Of a stretch of DNA of 64,000 nt, positions 1 through 14,900 are shown in pieces. The stretch spans positions 3,424 through 67,423 of the forward strand of contig CAYQCO010000001.1 of the NCBI GenBank assembly GCA_964416085.1, written 5' to 3'. The notes beneath the pieces are model-generated. The model saw nothing but the letters and a program-made list of their open reading frames with translations. It ran no database searches and was not told the DNA's origin. The first letter of the stretch is position 1; each line of letters begins with the position of its first letter. This DNA comes from an uncultured Lachnospiraceae bacterium (GTDB taxonomy: Bacteria > Bacillota > Clostridia > Christensenellales > UBA1242). Made by a program: the position numbers and the translations under genes.

Positions 1-2980
1 GCATATAGAAGATATCTTCTTGGTTCTTTGTTCCATAATTGTAATCTGTTGCTTCTATGTCTATTTTTACATTGTCGACATATTGGATAAGGACTTTGTG
101 GTCTGACTCCCCAACAAAAGCATTGCCCACAATTCCACCAACATTGGTGTTGCCTGCAATTTTGATTGTTGTGTTGGTTGTGGTGCTAGACTCATTGCCA
201 GTTTCGTTGCCTGAATCACCTGAGCCACCCGAACTGCTTGCACCGTCATTTTCGTTTGTTGTTCCACCACCAATTGCTTGTGTGGTAGGAATATCTTCCT
301 GAGTAGCCGAATCTTCTTCCGGCTTTGGCTTGGTTACATAAATCTCTGCTTTGGTTTCATTAACCAGTCCAATATATCCACCAACATTGACAACACCAGT
401 GAGTTGTCCAATATTTGTCTTGACATTGGATATTATAACGTTCTTGTTTTCCACCTGACCAATATATCCGCCAACATTTATTCTTCCTTCAACTGTTGCG
501 TTGACTGAGATAGAAATTTCTTCATCAGTTTCTGAACTCTCAGACGTCTTTTCTTTTGTCTCCATTTTGAGTTCTGCTGCCAAATATCCAAAATATCCAC
601 CGACATTGTTGACACCTGTGATTGTGCCACCAATTTCGTTTTCACCCTCAAACTCGTGGACGGATTTGTCATAACTAAACAAGCCCATAAGTCCGCCGAC
701 ACCCTCATATCCTTTGACTGTGCCAGTGTTGGACACTTCTTTGAATGTTACAGATGATGTTGCTCCCGCCTCAAATGTGCCCACAATTCCACCAACGTTT
801 TGTAGATATATGGTTTTTGTTTTGCCAATCTCTTCATTTTTTGCGCTTGCTGGGTTTGATATATCAAGAGACCCAACAGAGCCTTCGTTTTTGCCCAAAA
901 TGTTGATTGATTGAGTAAGACCTGCAATTCCGCCAACATTTTTGATTTCCACACCTTTCCACTCGCTGTCACTCTTCTCAGCCAAGACTGAGTTGCGGTT
1001 GACAAATGGATAGATTTTTTGTTGTTCTTTGTTTTCGTCATTTGCTGTGTTGTCTGTGGTTGTTTTGTCTATCTTTGCATAGCCCAAAGTCCCAGAACAA
1101 TAATATCCAAACAATCCACCAAAATTCATAGCATCTTGACTTGTAGTCTTATTGCGTGGTCCAACTACACTTGCAAATGCGTTGGCTCCTGATTCGCCTG
1201 TCGCTTTTGCTTTGTCGTTTTCTGTTTCTTCTTCACCCAACAGTTTGCTCAGTTGTGTGCCCAAAACAAGATATGAATCATTGATATATTGTCCTGCAAA
1301 GCCACCTACGTTGTTTGTTCCTATCACTGTCAATCCAGAAATAGACATCTCTGCATCAGCAAGTTCGTTGATGCTATTGGTTTTTAACACACCAAACAAT
1401 CCACCAACATTTGATAATTTGCCGTCTGACACAATTTTCATTGTTTCTACTGTCAAATTGCCAAGAGTAATTGCTCCATTGACAACACCTATCAAACCAC
1501 CGAGACCGTCATTTTCAGAACTTGACTGACCACCTGATGCTAGGGTTGGTATTGACAATACGATATTGCCAAATGTTCCGCCGTCTGCCACACCTGCAAT
1601 TCCGCCAACTTGTTTTGACGCATCAAGAGTAATGCTACCAGATGTTGAAATCTCCATTGCAACAACATCCGTCTGAGCGTTGTCTGCCGAATCAGTTGTG
1701 CAACCGATATTGCCGGACTTGATGTATCCAACAACTCCACCAAAGCCACTTGCATAGTCAACATCAGTGTCGTCGTCACCAACTGTTGCACTGACACCCA
1801 CTACTGTGCCGGCTTCCATATATCCAATCACACCGCCAGCATATCCAGATGACTTGTTGGCTCTGATTTGTGATACTGTTACGCTTTCGCCATTGCCATT
1901 GATATAACCTTGCACCATATGGCCGACAACACCGCCAGTATATGTTGCAACTCTGTCACCGCCTGCAAGTTCGATACCAAATTCAAACTCAAATCCTGAA
2001 CTTTGAGCACTTTCATTGGACAATGTTGCTGTGCTGGTTGACTCGTTGATAGTTATGTTTCCGTTTTCCATTGTTCCAACCAAGCCACCCATAGCACCAG
2101 CGCTGGTTGTTCCAAATTCAGCAGTAATTCCTGTTGATGTAATTGTCAAGTTTCCACTCGTCATCACACCAACCAATCCACCGACATTGCTTTGTCCTAC
2201 GATTTGCACATTTGTTAGTTTTGAAGAAGTTACACTTACGCTTCCGCTTGTGAGTTTTCCTATCAAGCCACCGACATTGGCTGGAACATTGCTTAGTTTG
2301 TTGCTGTCTCCTTTGAAAGCATATTGACCTTTTTCCATTGTAATATTTTGAGCAATCAAGTTGCCTTCAACTTCACCAATCAATCCACCAAATGAATCTT
2401 GGGTCAAGCATACGACTTCTTTCATTGCAATATTTGCCAAAGTTGCTTTTGATTTTAATCTTCCTGCAACCAAACCATTTGCGCCAGAGTTGGTCAAATT
2501 GAATGTGCCTTCGAAATTTATGTTGCTGATAGCTGCCGCTCCTTCGATTGAAGATACGAGTATGCCACCAGTTGCAACTTTTGCCTTTTCGTCATCAGTC
2601 ACAAACTCTATTCCTTGAATATTTGCTCCAAGAATTGTGTTGAATAGGCTGTTGCCGTTGAGGTTTTTGATTTGTCGCATTGGAACTTTGCCGTCTGTGT
2701 CTTCTGTGCTCGACAAACTAGACTTTATCCAATCCGCCTTAAATCTGTCTCCGCCAGCAAAATATCCTGCAAAGTTGCCAGTCAATCCATTTTGGAAATA
2801 GTCGCCCGAGTTGGAACCTTGACCGATACCTACCCAGTTTTTCATAATTCCAACACCCTTTTGGCTATCAAAAGCGATATCGCAAATCAATCTAAAATGT
2901 ATGTCGCTTGTGTCAGTAAACATATTGATTGATTCCAATGTGCCAGCATTGACAATCAAATATGGATTTGCTTCTGTTCC
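1..2980 (-). repeat. GLUG module 6 of giant gene (densest motif run; continues past window edge)
   Basis: Entry is GTEANPYLIVNAGTLESINMF..FRLICDIAF. More than 20 GG motifs follow, for example SFGGLIGEVEGN, NVGGLIGKLTSGS, NVGGLVGVMTSGN, AMGGLVGTMENGN, YTGGVVGHM, YAGGVIGYMEAG, GFGGVVGYIKSGN, QVGGIAGVADGG, GLGGLIGVVNGA, NVGGLFGVL, NVGGFAGQY, NFGGLFGYY, NVGGIAGL, NVGGIVGTF, GVGGLMGLF, NVGGYFGYL, NVGGYIGQV, NVGGYIGLV, NVGGIVGNA. An S/G/T/N-rich linker lies at about 164-333. Confidence 0.6.
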
Positions 2981-5900
2981 ATCGCCTGTCCAGATACCCT
3001 TTTTGCTATCCAATCTTAGTTTGTTGTCGCTATTGCTATCATACCAAGTTTGTTCAATGACATAAATTGGATAACCATAGTTGAAATAGTTTAGTTTTGT
3101 TTGAGTATAACTTGGAGTTTCGTTATTTTCGTCTGTCTCATCTTTCGTTATTGAACACATTGGATAGTTGGTCCAATTTCCAAGCAATTTGCTAGAATAA
3201 CCTGTCTGCAACTCTTTTGTTGAAAGTGCTTTTGCCAATATCTTGTTGTCACTATCTTTCAAAGTCACATCTTCGTTGTTGACATACATATCATAATAGC
3301 AATTTGCCACATAACCAGTGTTTTCCTTAAACAATGAGATTGGAGTGTTGTCTTGTTTAGATGTCGACACACTCACCGCTGAGAAGCAGTTGTAAACCGT
3401 TCCTGAGTTGTTTGACACAAGCCCAGCAGAGTCACTGCTAGACCCGCCTGTCAAAATTCCTACCGCACCAGAAGAATAGATAAATCCGCTGTTGTCTTTG
3501 GCAATTCCTGAGAAATTGATTGTTCCTGCATTTTCGATTGAACCAGTCGAATAGCAATACAAGATGTTTCCTTCATTGACTCCTGCAATTCCACCGCCAC
3601 TAGCATTGCTGCTGTTGTCTTTGTCTAGTGCAAAATAGAAGTCTACTTGACAATTAAAGATTGTTCCGTTGTTTGTCGTTGCAACAACTCCACTTCCAGT
3701 GCTATCTGTAAATTTGTTGTTGTTGAGTTGAATGTTTAAGTTGCTCACAACAGAAGACTTTCCAACAATTATTCCGGCTTCACTTGTTGCAATAGTTTTG
3801 CCATTGCCCAAAATAAATCCGTTGAGTTCTCCTGTAAGGTTGATTTCATTACAAGATGTTGTTTGTTGTGTGCTGTCAACATAACTTGACTTGGTGTTTT
3901 TACCTTCAATCAAATAATACGTGTAACTTTCTGTATTGATAGTTTGGTCAGTTGTGATTGACTTTGGTGCCATTTGAGTGCCAGCATCTTTCTCAAACTT
4001 ATCAAGCACATCAACCTTTTTCATCAAATCGCTTAATGAAGCGATATATGGAAGATGTCCTGTTGCTTTTGTCCAACTATTGTCAAAATACTCGTCTTGT
4101 GTGGCGTCTCTAAGCAATACATCTGCCACAACATTGTTGATTGTGCCACTGAACACATCTTTTTCTTCCACTGCAAGCACATAGTCGGATGAATATATTA
4201 CATTTGATACACTCAGTTTTTCACTTTCATTCAATTTGTCTGAACTCATTGAAACTTTGCCCACAATTCCGCTCACCGCAAAATCAGTTGCAAAAGTTGA
4301 ATTCAACGTGTTGCCATTGTTGAGTTTGTATTGAGAGTATTCCAAAGCAAATGTTGTGTATACATTTGAAATATGTGATGTCAAAGTGTCGCCATTTTCA
4401 AATGTTATTGTTTCTTGTAATTTACTTGTCCCCCAAGCACCAATCAATCCACCAAGATGCAACTTTCCTGTCTTTTGAGCATCTTTTGAAGCCCAAACTC
4501 CACCATTGGCAACTGCCATATCTATTGAAATTACACAGTTGTTTGAATTTATATATCCTATGAGTCCGCCTGCCATAATATTTTCAGCAGTTACATTAAA
4601 TCCTGTGTTGGACTTTTCGCCTTCTGCATAAGCATAGGCATTGTTGACCACAAGCAAGTTGGCACCTGAACCAACTTGGCCTATCAATCCGCCAAAATAT
4701 GCAAAATTAGTCGACATACTTCCAGAAATGTATGAGACTACATTTTCTATCTTTGCTGTGCTTAAAGTTTCGCCTGCAATTCCGCCAACATAAGCGTTCA
4801 CCACACCTGTATGAGTTAGTATTAGGCGTGCAGAAGAGTTGGATATGTCAGCAGATTTTTCTTTGCTGTCATTCTTGACATAGCCAGAAATTCCACCAAT
4901 ATGAGCATCTGGGTTGGAACTATTAATATTCGCATAAATATCTAATGTGCTCAAATAAGCATTGTGTTGATATCCCACCGCACCGCCGACATATTTGTTG
5001 CTATTGCTTTCGCCTGCAATCAAAAGTTTGGCTGTGCTTGTGTTGATATTTGAGTTTTCGGCATAACCAGCAAGTCCGCCTACATATTCAAAGTTTGTAA
5101 TATCGATACTTTCCAAATTCCTTGTGAATGTGCAATTCATAAACATACTGTTGACATTGGCAGTTGACTCACCTTTTGCATAACCTGTAAGTCCACCAAA
5201 TGCTGATTTGTCGTTGGTGACTGAACCTTCGACACTAAAATTACAGCCGCTCAAATCAACGCTACACGATGTGCAGATTGTGGCATCCGAATCACCAAAC
5301 AAACCACCAAATTGTTGCACTGACTTGCCAGATATTGCACTACTTTTTCCACAAGATATATTGACACCTGTAACTTCACTACCCTTTTCGTCAGAACTGA
5401 GTAGACCGACATAAGTCTTGTTGTGTGTCAAATTCATACTTTGATACTCAAAGTCAATATTGCTAATGTTTGCACCAGTTGTTGCTTTGAAGAAGCCTGC
5501 ACCCGGACGAGTTGTATCGCTGGTTGACTTGATTTTTATGTTGGAAATTTTTGGAAGATTGCCCTGTGAGTCAAGTTTTCCACGCATTGTGCCAGTAAAT
5601 TCTATATTAAGCACATAGTCTTCATAGTCTTTTGACAATGATATATTGCCCATAACTTCAAAGTTGCCATTTGGATGTTGCCTGATGAGTTCCAAATCAC
5701 TTTCTGACTTAATTTGATAGAAATTCAAATCTGGATTGTCTCGAAGTGTTGGAGTAAATTTTTTGTTGTCCTTTTCCCAAATATCGTCATCAAAGTTCAT
5801 AAACAAGTTTTCAAAAGTTTCTAGTTGTTTTTCGTGAGTCAAATCAAACAATGCAGATATATCTCTTGATTCTGTTGAGAGATATTTGTCATCTGTTTGG

Positions 5901-8900
5901 ATTTTTATTACCTTGTTGAAATAACTTTCACTACTCAAATTGCCGTATGACAAATAATATGTGTAGATTGATTTTGCATTGTCGTTCTTTGTTGAAGCAA
6001 TACCTTTTTCGCTATGTCCAACCATATAATCAATGGTCTTTTGGCTTGTTGCATTGTATTCCACTTCAAGTTGACTCTTGTCATAGAAAGATATTGCAAC
6101 AAAGTTGTCTACTTTGCATATTTTGTTGCTGTCTATGATATATTTTAACAACATATCATCGCCAGAAACCTTGTTGTAACCAATCATTCCACCAATATAT
6201 TGTTGTTTGTCTTTGTCTTGGATATCAAAATATGTTTGGCTATAACACGTCTCATATCCACCACCCAAAGTTGTTCCTACAAATCCACCAATATATGATG
6301 CGTTGGCAGAAATTGATGTTTTTGAGTATGAATTTTGAATTGTTCCGTTGTAATTAACTCCGATAAATCCGCCAGCCATATTGTTGGTGTTGTTGGCATC
6401 TGTTGTACTGCGAACAAATGACAAATTGCCAAAGTTTGAATTGCTAGGGATAGGAGTTGATGTTGGAGTTGTTTTGTCAGCCAAAATATAACTTGCAAAA
6501 GCGCTGTCAATAGACTCTTGTTCGCTTGTCGCTGCACTTACTTGGCTGAATGAGATGTTGGCGTAGTTTTCGCCTATCAATCCGCCAGCAATATATGCAC
6601 CAAACACATAAGAATCTGCTCCCACAAAAGACTTCAATCTCTTGGCTGTGACTTGTGGTCCCAAATATCCTGCCACAAATCCTGCAATATCTGCTGTAAC
6701 TTGAACATTGCCGTTTTCACCAACCACAAGTTGGTTTATGTTGGTGAAGTTTTTGTATTCATTGACATCTATTACGCCTGCAATTCCGCCCGCATATGAC
6801 AATGTCTTTAAATACTCTTCATAATTATTTCCAAGCGTTGTTATCTTCTTAAATCTAGTTTCTGAAAGATATTGATTGCTTGTTGATTGTGCTTTTTTCA
6901 CCGCTGTCACGTTTACATCTGCTGACACATTGTATAGTATTGAGTCGCCAGTAACATATCCTGCAATTCCGCCTGCAAAGTTTTGAGCAGTGATTGTTGT
7001 GCTGTTGCCCTTTATTGTCACGTCAACAATGCTACTGTTGTTGATTGTTCCTGCAAGGCCACCAGAATACATCGCTTTGGTTGAAGTATAATCCATTGCA
7101 ACATAATTGACATTCAAACTCTTGACAATTGTGTTGTAGATGTTTCCAAACAATCCCAAAGTTTTAAGTTCGGCTGTCTCATAGTTTTTGATATCCACAC
7201 TAGAAATTGTCATTCCGTTGCCATCAAAGACAGTGATTGTGTTGTTTTTTAAATCCCCCAAATCATATCCTTGTGTGGTGTTGACTGTTTCTGTTGTGCC
7301 ATCATCTTTTGCAAAGTCAATGTCATTGATAAGTCTAATTGACCCACTAATAACATTTGCGTCCGCCGAAGTCTTTATACTAAATATATTATTATATTCT
7401 ATATAATTTCTTATTATATATGGGTTGTTGGCAGTTCCCAAAGCATAACCTTTGCCATATGCAAATTGATTTTTGTCATTGTCTTTTGAAACCAAATATC
7501 TTATGCTTCTTGAAATTTGGTTGGCACTTGTGAGTTCTGGCAAGAAAGTTTTGCCCAAACTAGAAGTCGTATCATTGCTATCCAAATTTGCATAATATGT
7601 CCAAACACCTTGTGTTGCACGTTCATAATTGCCATTGACAAATGCAAAGTTGTTCAAGTTTTCGCTATCCGCAAAGTTGGTGTCGTCAAGTGGGATAGGA
7701 ACATCCATACCTGTTGACTCATAACTGTAATCAAAGTTATCGCCGTCAATTTCTAGATAATAACAGTTGTTCAATTCACCAAATGACAACAATTTGTTGA
7801 GTTCTGTGCCTTCAAGTCCTACACCCACAAAAGCAAGACTTGTTGCGGTTGCGCCACCAGTTTTTGACATAGTTGACAACACAGCACTTGCGCTATAACA
7901 ACGATTGATTGATGCACCAGAATTGTTGCGATAAACAAATCCTGCCACTGCGCTTGCTGATGATGTTACAAATATATTGCTGTATGAGTTTTCAATTATG
8001 CCATTGTTCTCAAACACAAATCCAGCCGCAGTTCCTTTTGAAGAAATCTTTGTTTCTTGTCCACGAACTTGGCTTGAAGTTCTGCCTCTGCTCTTGGTGT
8101 ATGAGTTGTAAATTTTGCCAGTATTCACTGCCACAAATCCAGCAGTTTTGTTGGTGTCGTCACTCATCTCTGTGCTGAGATTTACAAGATTGGCATTTTG
8201 GAAATAACTTGAAGAAATTATTCCGCTGTTTGTTGCTGCAAGTCCACCCATAATTCCATTTGAGTTCAAACTAATTTCCTTGGTTTGATTGGTGCCAGTT
8301 TTTGTAACGTTTCCATTTGAATCAACACTCAAAGCCAAATAGTAAGGTGTCCCAACTCTTGAATTGGTTATGTTGCCTGTGTTTTGTCCAACGAGTCCAC
8401 CAATATAACTATAATTTGATTTGGTTTTTATATTGATTTTCTTTTCATTTTGAGAAGTATTAATCAATTCACTGTTGTAGATTAGTCCTGCATTTTGTCC
8501 TGCAATAAATCCAAAATGTGTAGTTGAAGTTTGTGCATTGTCGTCAGCAAGATTGACAATATAATTGCCGTTGTCGTCCACATTCCCTGCAAAATCACGC
8601 AAGTCTATTGTCAAGTTTTTGATGATACAATTTTCGCCCAAACTTGCAAACAATCCAGCACTAATTTCACTTGCCGTTGCAACACTAAAACTCTTGATGA
8701 AGATACGCTTGCTGTTGCCGTCAAGACTTGCAATTTGCGCTGTCAATGGCACCCAATCTTCAAGTGTCAAATCATTCATAAGAATATAGTTGCCACCTTC
8801 TGTCATTTGAGCCAAATCAGTCGCAGTATAAATTGGTTCTGGTTCTTCTTCGGTTGTTTCCACTCTCAAATCAAGTTTGAATGTGTATTGCAAGATTGTT

Positions 8901-11900
8901 CCAGTTGTTTCGCTATTTAGGGTTACGAATTTTATTTCAAATTTGTCATCAGCATCACTATATTCAAAACCATATTTTACTCCAAAGACTATTGTTACAT
9001 AATCTTCTCCAAGACCTGTGACATACAATTTGTTGTCCTTTGTTTCAAGTTTGTAACTATCACTTGTCCCTTCTGAGTTCTTGTATGTATCACTTTCCCA
9101 CGACTCATAAGTTTGTTGTCCAAATGAATTGTAAGTTGTGCGATAGAAGTATGAAATATAATTTGCTAAACTTGTGTTGATTTGTTCGCTGTCAAGTTCG
9201 CCGTCTTTGTTTTTCCAAACAATATCCAAACTCTTGCTAGAATTGATACCAACTCTAAACACATCGTTGGCCGTTCCGCTCAACAAAACTTCTGTTGGGA
9301 TATAATCAACTGTATAGAGCGTAATCTCTTTGGTCAAAGTGTCAGTCAACATATCTTCATTGACAACACTTATGCTGACACTCGCAACAATAGGGGCCGT
9401 CAAATCCTTTGTTGTCAAGCGCCAAGTCACCAAATAATCCCCATTGGATTGTTGTTGAATTACACTTTGAGAATAAGACACATATTTACTTATATCAGTT
9501 TCGTTTGTATTTTTCCACTCCAATTTCAATTCTGGGTTTTGATTGGTCTTGTAGCCCACAATTCTTGCACTAACTTCATAACTATTTGAAGATTTTTCTA
9601 TCAAATAGACATCATCTGCGCCTACTTTTTTAGGAGTGCCATTTGAAGACACATAAACACCTGGATTAAATTGTGTAACGAGCATTTTTGTGGCTGTTTT
9701 TTGAGTTTTTATTTCGTTTGTCATTGCGCCATTTTCGTCACGCTTGTATTCAGTTGCAACGACTGTCAAAGTGAATGTTTCGTCAAGAGCGACCGCATTT
9801 TCCAAAATTGTTCTAACATACACAACACCTGTGTAGTGCATTGTGCCGTTTTCATCAATATATGTATTTTTTACAAGTCTAAGCGAATTGCTTCCGCTTG
9901 TATAACCTTGATATGACACATAGCACTCTTTCTTTTGGTCATAAAGCATTTGTTGGAAATATATTGTATAAGTTTGACCATTGATAGTCACACTGCTTGA
10001 AGAAATCACAAGTTCATCAACTCTCGCAAAAGTTGGTTCAACATAAATCTTTGCAAGCCCACTCTTGCCTGGAACAATGATTGAAGATTGAGTTTCACTG
10101 CTTGTGTATTCAACTTCTACATTGTTTGTGCCAGTAAGAGTCGCCACACCTGACTTAAAGTTTTCTATTCTCAAAGTTGTGATTGATTGTGGTTCAAAAC
10201 TAACTCTTATGTCTTTGTGCAAAATTGTGTTGGTCTTTGGTGCAAATTCAAACACAAAAGTCTTTTCATCCACAATATCTTTGTATTTGTCTTTTAATTC
10301 AATATTGATATTAAACACATATCCAGTCTTGCTTGAATTGAGTTGATAGATTATGCTTACATTAAACATATCCCAAACAGATGACAAGTTGTAACTAGAC
10401 AAATCTTGGTCTGTTGAAAGTTTTATTTGAAGATTTTCTTTGTTTTCAAGCGTAGTTGTCAAATATTGTCCGTCAATAGCATAACTAGCAATCGCTTCTG
10501 TATCATTTTTGTCAACATAACCAGTAATCACTTCAACTTCTATATCCACTGATTGACTTGTTGCAACCTTTGTATCAGTCAAACTTGACACAATGCTGCT
10601 TGCTTTTTGATATAGTGTAACACTGAGTGTTTGTGAAGCAATTTTGTATTTATAGTTGAACAAATCTTGCAAAGTTTTTTGGTCCACACCTTCACCAGCG
10701 AGAGTATACACAAACTTTGACAAGTCAAGATAGCAATCAATAGTTATCTCGCTATTTTTCCCATTGCCCTCAAAATCTGTAACTTCAAGTTGAATATCGT
10801 CCATTGCATAATAGGTTGTTTCACCAATTGTGGTTTCATTTCCCAAAGGAGTAACTGTTATTGAACTATCTTCGTTGCTATATCCAACATACAAATAGTT
10901 GTTCAAAAGTTGGCTTGTAATATCGCCATATTTTGCCACAAGCGACAAAATCTTGCTGCTGTTGGATGTCATAGAAATATTGTTGCCACCAACAACTTCA
11001 AAACTGTCGATAGGTTCAACAGCAAATATCACCACTCTATCCAAAGCATTTGGATTGAATGTAGACACAAATTCAAGTTCTACTCTGCCAGCCTTTTTGA
11101 ATGTTATGAAGTTGCCCACAAGAGAAATCAAGTCCCCACCAGAAACAACTTCAACATAATAACTCTTGGATGCAATATTTGGCAAAACAGAAATATCCAC
11201 AAGTCCGTCAGCGTTTTTCTTAACCAAATTAAACGTCTTGTAATTTAAGAATACAATAGCAGTAGATGTTGTTCCATTTGTGAAGAATATTCCGTTGTTG
11301 TGAGTATAAACCTTTGTCTCATTTTCTGTTGTTTCTGTGCCAGTTTTGAAATAATCGTCCGCAACATTTGCAATCAAATCTGTTGCCAAAGCAAGCAATG
11401 TTGGTTCACTTTTATACACGATTACTGGAAGTCCAGAGTTGTATTTTTTATACTCATCTGTCCAGCCGTTGCTCTCTGTCCAATTAGGAATAGCAAAATC
11501 TGCAATTTCTGTTGGGTCAACCAAGTTTACTTCGCCGTCCGCTATTGTTGGCTCGCTTGTTGTCCACAATTCTTTTTCTTGTGCTTCGTCATAATAGTAA
11601 TAAGCCTTAACTTCGCCATTATAGAACAATTTGCCATAAGTCTTATCTCCCAACTTATAACCCTTTGCAAGCGAATATGTTGAATCATTTGAGTTGATTG
11701 TGAGATTTGCAAGGTTATCCACATCTGCAATACTTCCAACAAAGAATGAATTTTTGATTTCAACACTTCCGTTTGCAAGAGTTGACACACTACCACTGTC
11801 AGTTGAAATATTAACTTTTGCATAAGAACTTCTAATTTCGCCACCAGCGGCATATCCAACAAGTCCTGCAACAGATTTTTTAGCATCTGCCTTGTTGCTT

Positions 11901-14900
11901 GCAAAATTGCCCACAACACAAGCATTGTCAACAAATCCTTGAACATTGCCAACAGTGATTGTTCCGTCAGCCATTTGACCAACAAGTCCGCCGACACAAT
12001 CAACACCTTTCACAAGTCCAAACTTGTTGCTATTTCTTGAATTTTGCACAAACAAAACATAAACAGTTGTTATATCGCCAGAGTTCAATCCCACAGCGCC
12101 ACCAACGTTTTGGTTGTTGATTTCAGTTTGGTCTATATTGCCGTCATTATAAGGTCGGCCAATTATTTCGCAAGAGAATGTTGCACTATTTATTATTCCA
12201 CCATTCTCATTTCCGTTTTCATCTATTGTGGTTTTGCTTGTATTGTTACCCACAATTCCACCAAGATTTAGGTTGTTGCCTGCACCAGTTATGCTACCTT
12301 TTATGGCAACATTTTTTACCGTTCCATTGTTTGAACCAGCAAATCCACCAATATTTGCTTGATAAGTGGTGGTTATCGTAGAAATTGCAACAAAATCAAT
12401 ATCTGTATAACTTGTCAAATATTCTGTTTCATCTTGATTGAAGTCAGAATAATTGCCCACAACAATTCCTGTGTTGTCACCAATAGCACCACCGACATTT
12501 ATTGCAGTTGTTGAACCAACAGAGTTCAAAGTTACTGTCAATTTTTGGTTGAATTCTGCCATTTGACGATAATTTGAATATTGCTTCAAATCGCTATGTT
12601 GTTGGTCAAAATAATACACATTTCCAGTATTTTTGCCAATCAAAGCACCTACGTTATATGCTTTTGCACTAGTTGTGCTGTTTGTTGCAGCGATGTTGAT
12701 TGTCCCTTCAACATTTATGATTGCTGAGCAGTTGATTATTGTGCCAGCATTTTCTCCCACCAAAGCACCAATGTTTATATCGTCATTGCCAGCACCAATG
12801 TTTATGTTTATGTTGAATTTTACATTGCTCATTACAAGGTTTTGGAGTGTTCCTGAATTCTTTTCAAACAATGACAACAAATCTGTGTTGTTTATGTTCA
12901 AATTTTTGAACAAACTTTGTGTATACATAACTGTCACACCATTGCTTGCGTCATAAGATGTCATAATTCCGTTGATTGAGCCAGTGAATTCACCTTTTAT
13001 GCTTTCTTCCAATCCTGACAAATCAATGTTGTTGGCAAGCACATAGTGTTTGCTCATTGCATTAGTGATATTTTTCACATCATCCGAATCATACAAATAG
13101 AATGGATTGCCAAGTTCACCATCGCTAATATTCACAACCACATATTCAAAAATTGTATAATCTTTTTGAGTGTCGCTATATGAATCAACTGCAACAACAC
13201 GCAAAACAAATTTGCCACCTGTTTCACCAGTTGCTTTCAATTTGAATTGTTGAGAAGAATATTCTACACGCAACACACTGTCAGATATTATTCTATCACC
13301 CAAATAATCGCCGTCCGCATTGTCTTGGTCAAGTTCATAAAGTTGATAGTCAAGAAGTTTGTATGTAGCATCTGTGTTGCTTACATACGCACTAAATTCG
13401 CCAGACCTTCTTGCATCACTTTGCAGGCTTAAATTGATATTGTTGTTTTTATTGAGTCCGCGAAGTTCAATTCCTGTGGAATTTTTAAAGTCAACAACTC
13501 TAATTGTGGCAGTTACAGTCTTTGAAATGCCAAGTCCATAATATCTTAATGTAAACACCACATTGATAGCATTGATATTGTCCAAAGATTTGGTGAGTCT
13601 AAAACCATAAGTTTTTGACTCCATATCCAAATATGTCCCATTATACAAATACAATGATTCTATGCCCATTTGTGCGCCAGTGTTTTCATTGCTCACACTG
13701 ACATAATATAGGGATTTTATTTTTGAGTTTAAACTAGAATTTACACTATTTTCAATATCCTTGTCACTAAAACTGAGATAAGTTGAAGCATTGCTGTTGA
13801 AACTCAATGTAATTTCACTTGTCGCCTTGTCAGTAATCAAACTGTTGACATAATACACTTCTGAATTGCTGACAGAAAGTTGAATATTTGATACAGGTAT
13901 AAAACTTGCGATTTCAAGATACAAAACAGTTGTGTTTTCTGTGATTGAATAATTGCTTCCTGTGTTATATTTGATTGTCACTTTGAGTGCAGATGTCAAA
14001 TTGGCTGATATTGCTTGTAGATTGAATGAATAACTATTGAGCATTGTTGTCTTGAATACGTCTGCCCCATATTGACTTATTCCTGCTTTGGTTGACAGAC
14101 TCACGACACTCAATTTTGAAATTCCCACAAACTTGTTGGCGCTGTCACCATAAGCCACCACAAAGTCAGCCGAAGAATTGAATTGCATTGCATAAAAGTT
14201 GGCTTGATTGCCTGCATCATCATAATCACTCACACTACCCAAAGAAACAACATTTGAGTCGTTGGTTTTTATGGCAAAACGAGGCAATTCATCAGTTGTA
14301 ACTGACACAAAACTTATTTTTCTTGATACAACTTGCAATCCTAGCGGAGTAGTGATTGTCAGTTGTCCTGACTTGCCAGTTGCACCTTTGATATACAATT
14401 TTTTGTTGACCAAAGTTCCGCAATCAACTTCCTTTTTAAAATTAATATTGTCGCTTGACAACAAGATATCATCATTGTTGGATGAGATTTTTGTGCCCGA
14501 ATATGTTACAGTTGTTCCTTGTGAGTTTGACAATCTAACATACATCTCAACACTTTTGTCTGCTTGAATAGTTTGTGTCAAATTTTTGTCATCAAACAAA
14601 TTGTTGATAGTTGCATCCGCATTGCTTGAAGATGACACTGTGTCAATTTTTCCAATAGTGTTTAAGGTCAATGTAACTGTGATATATTTTCGGTCACTCT
14701 CTTTTGTTTCCTGCCCCTCAAAATATGCAGGAGTCGCAAGCACTTCAAAATCAATATACGCAATCTCTGGACAAGTGCCACTGCCATATTTCAAATATAT
14801 TGTGTTACTCACATTATTAAGCACCACACCAGCCCCAGCCGAGCCAAGTTGTTGGCCGTTGTGAGAATAAACATTAAGTGCGGTTTTGCTTTCGTCATAT

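Noticed and set aside
67-12006. Minus-strand ORFs 67..273, 478..708, 748..1041, 1540..1797, 6277..6537 and 11542..12006.
   Set aside because: All are in the alternative minus frame (their ends are divisible by 3) and are nested inside the continuous giant ORF. Their Q/L/T-rich compositions are typical of off-frame readings.
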